Source of the DNA: Octopus sinensis
Taxonomy: Eukaryota
DNA length: 64,000 nucleotides
Assembly: GCF_006345805.1 (NCBI RefSeq)
Contig: NC_043021.1
Span: 5,022,001-5,086,000 of the forward strand
Direction: 5' to 3'
In this document: piece by piece, positions 62,017-64,000 of the stretch
How positions within the stretch are numbered: position 1 is the stretch's first letter
Layout of the letters: every line of letters begins with the position of its first letter
The notes under the pieces: model-generated
What the model saw: only the letters and a program-made list of their open reading frames with translations
Databases searched by the model: none
What the model was told of the DNA's origin: nothing
Made by a program: the position numbers and the translations under genes

Positions 62017-62180
62017 CATATATATATATATATCCATATATATATATATAATATATACACATATATATATATATACACACATATTATATATATACACATA
62101 TTATATATTATATACACATATATATATATATATACACATATATATAATATACACATATATATATATATACACACAATAAT
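60365..62180. repeat. Very long degenerate (TA)n/(TACA)n array
   Basis: About 1.8 kb dominated by TA with CA interruptions. Confidence 0.95.
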
Positions 62181-62733
62181 ATGCTCATGCACGCAGGCCT
62201 ACGCACGCACAAATGTGTAGGTGTATGAATGTGTGTGTATATAAGCTGTTAGTCAAGATTAAGACATCCATGTTGGTGTAAGTAAGCCTAATTTTGTAAT
62301 AGTCATCATACAGGCAATGAGTCAGGAGTAAAGAGGGGGAGTTCGTATAATAAACAATGAGTAATAGCTGAGGCTTGAAAGAGAAATTCTTTTCGGATCA
62401 GATTCCATTTTTTTTTAATTTCACACTTTACAAAAAATATTAACGGTTTTAAAAATATTTTTTAGGGGAAAAAATTAATTTTTCAAACTTTGAAAAAGAA
62501 ATTAAATTATCAAAACAAATCTGTAAAAATTTTTTTTTTTTTTTTTTTGAAGAAAACCCCATTTGAATGTGATTTTATTTTATTTATTTTATTCTATTCT
62601 ACACCCCCCCCTCATACACATCCATGTACAATTTCCGTCCCTGGGGTGTTTTTGTTGTTATTGTTGGTGCGTTGGTGTTAAGAAATGTATGGGAGTGATG
62701 CAGGCTCCCCTCCCCCGTTTAGCTTTAGACCTC

Positions 62734-63134
62734 TTACTCTCTCTTTTACTCTTATACTTGTTTCAGTCATTTGACTGCGGCCATGCTGGAGCACCGCCTT
62801 TAGTCGAGCAAATCAACCCCGGGACTTATTCTTTTGTAAGCCCAGTACTTATTCTATCGGTCTCTTTTGCCGAACCGCTAAGTGATGGTGACGTAACACA
62901 CCAGCAATGCTAGGGGGACAAACACAGACCACACACACACACACACATATATATATATACACACATATATACGACAGGCTTCTTTCAGTTTCCGTCTACC
63001 AAATCCACTCACAAGGCTTTGGTCAGCCCGAGGCTATAGCAGAAGACACTTGCCCAAGATGCCACGCAGTGGGACTGAACCCGGAACCATGTGGTTGGTA
63101 AGCAAGCTACTTACCACACAGCCACCCCTGCGCC
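62734..63134 (-). mobile_element. SINE-A
   Basis: Family match. Confidence 0.9.
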
Positions 63135-63262
63135 TATGTGTATTCTGTTCTTTTTTTTTTTTAATAGATTCACAGCAGTGGGGTTAAGCAGCTTCTTTCC
63201 TAACCATATGGTCTCAGGTTCTGTCCCACTGTGTGGCATCTTGGTGAATTGTCTTCTACTAT

Positions 63263-63492
63263 ATATTCCTTTACTACCCACAAGGGGCGAAACACAGAGG
63301 GGACAAACAAGGACAGATAAACGGATTAAGTCGATTACATCGACCCCAGTGCGTAACTGGTATTTAATTTATCAACTCCGAAAGGCTGAAAAGCAAAGTC
63401 AACCTCGGCGGAATTTGAACCCAGAACATAACGGCAGGCGAATACGGCTACGCATTTCGCCTGCGTGCTAACGTTTTCTGCCAGCTTGCCGC
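63263..63492 (-). mobile_element. SINE-B ending at the assembly gap
   Basis: Family match. Confidence 0.9.
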
Positions 63493-63592
63493 NNNNNNNN
63501 NNNNNNNNNNNNNNNNNNNNNNNNNNNNNNNNNNNNNNNNNNNNNNNNNNNNNNNNNNNNNNNNNNNNNNNNNNNNNNNNNNNNNNNNNNNN
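63493..63592. other. Assembly gap (100 N)
   Basis: Direct reading. Confidence 1.
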
Positions 63593-64000
63593 AAAGAAAT
63601 TGAAATTAAATCAAAACAAATCTGTAAATTTTTTTTTTTTTTGTGAAGAAACCCCATTTGAATGTGATTTTATTTTATTTATTTTATTCTATTCTACACC
63701 CCCCCTCATACACATCCATGTACAATTTCCGTCCCTGGGTTGTTTTTGTTGTTATTGTTGGTGCGTTGGTGTTAAGAAATGTATGGGAGTGATGCAGGCT
63801 CCCCTCCCCCGTTTAGCTTTAGACCTCTTACTCTCTCTTTTACTCTTATACTTGTTTCAGTCATTTGACTGCGGCCATGCTGGAGCACCGCCTTTAGTCG
63901 AGCAAATCAACCCCGGGACTTATTCTTTTGTAAGCCCAGTACTTATTCTATCGGTCTCTTTTGCCGAACCGCTAAGTTACGGTGACGTAAACACACCAGC
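63593..64000 (+). repeat. Near-identical copy of 62495-62905 across the gap
   Basis: Unique flank plus SINE-A tail repeated; differences are mostly homopolymer lengths. Confidence 0.9.

Noticed and set aside
60261-62097. Ile/Tyr-rich ORFs up to 187 aa
   Set aside because: (TA)n array translations.

Overview
Eukaryotic, AT-rich, repeat-saturated window that reads as intronic or intergenic animal DNA. The SINE/MITE repertoire looks like a coleoid cephalopod (Octopus); this is an inference from sequence style, not a database hit. There are no prokaryote-type genes, no CRISPR array and no intact autonomous transposon. Nearly all ORFs in the supplied track are read-throughs of SINEs or microsatellites. 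One convincing host coding exon is present (+, 37638-38043, unidentified protein), with a few weaker + strand exon candidates. Working family names: SINE-A (~400 bp, tRNA/CORE-like head, central TA/TG microsatellite, AAAGAGT tail, ~19 copies, mostly antisense); SINE-B (~230 bp, tRNA-like head, AAAGAAAT tail, ~14 copies, two as identically structured dimers); retroposon-C (62-67 bp internal minisatellite, (GAT)n tail); SINE-R (~385 bp). DNA elements: two TTAA-flanked piggyBac-type MITE families (D, E) that nest reciprocally, one hAT MITE, one 8-bp-TSD MITE with GGATC ends, Helitron remnants and a decayed maT/Tc1-mariner transposase. CR1 and RTE LINE 3' fragments are also present. Most notable structures: a spacerless 104-bp palindrome, two miRNA-like hairpins, a 6x172-bp satellite made from a MITE end, tail-swapped SINE chimeras, ready-made splice cassettes in antisense SINE-A, and a closely spaced inverted SINE pair. 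I found no evidence for a new protein-coding system. The last ~400 bp duplicate sequence across a 100-N gap and are probably an assembly artefact. Boundaries of decayed repeats are approximate (+/-10 bp).
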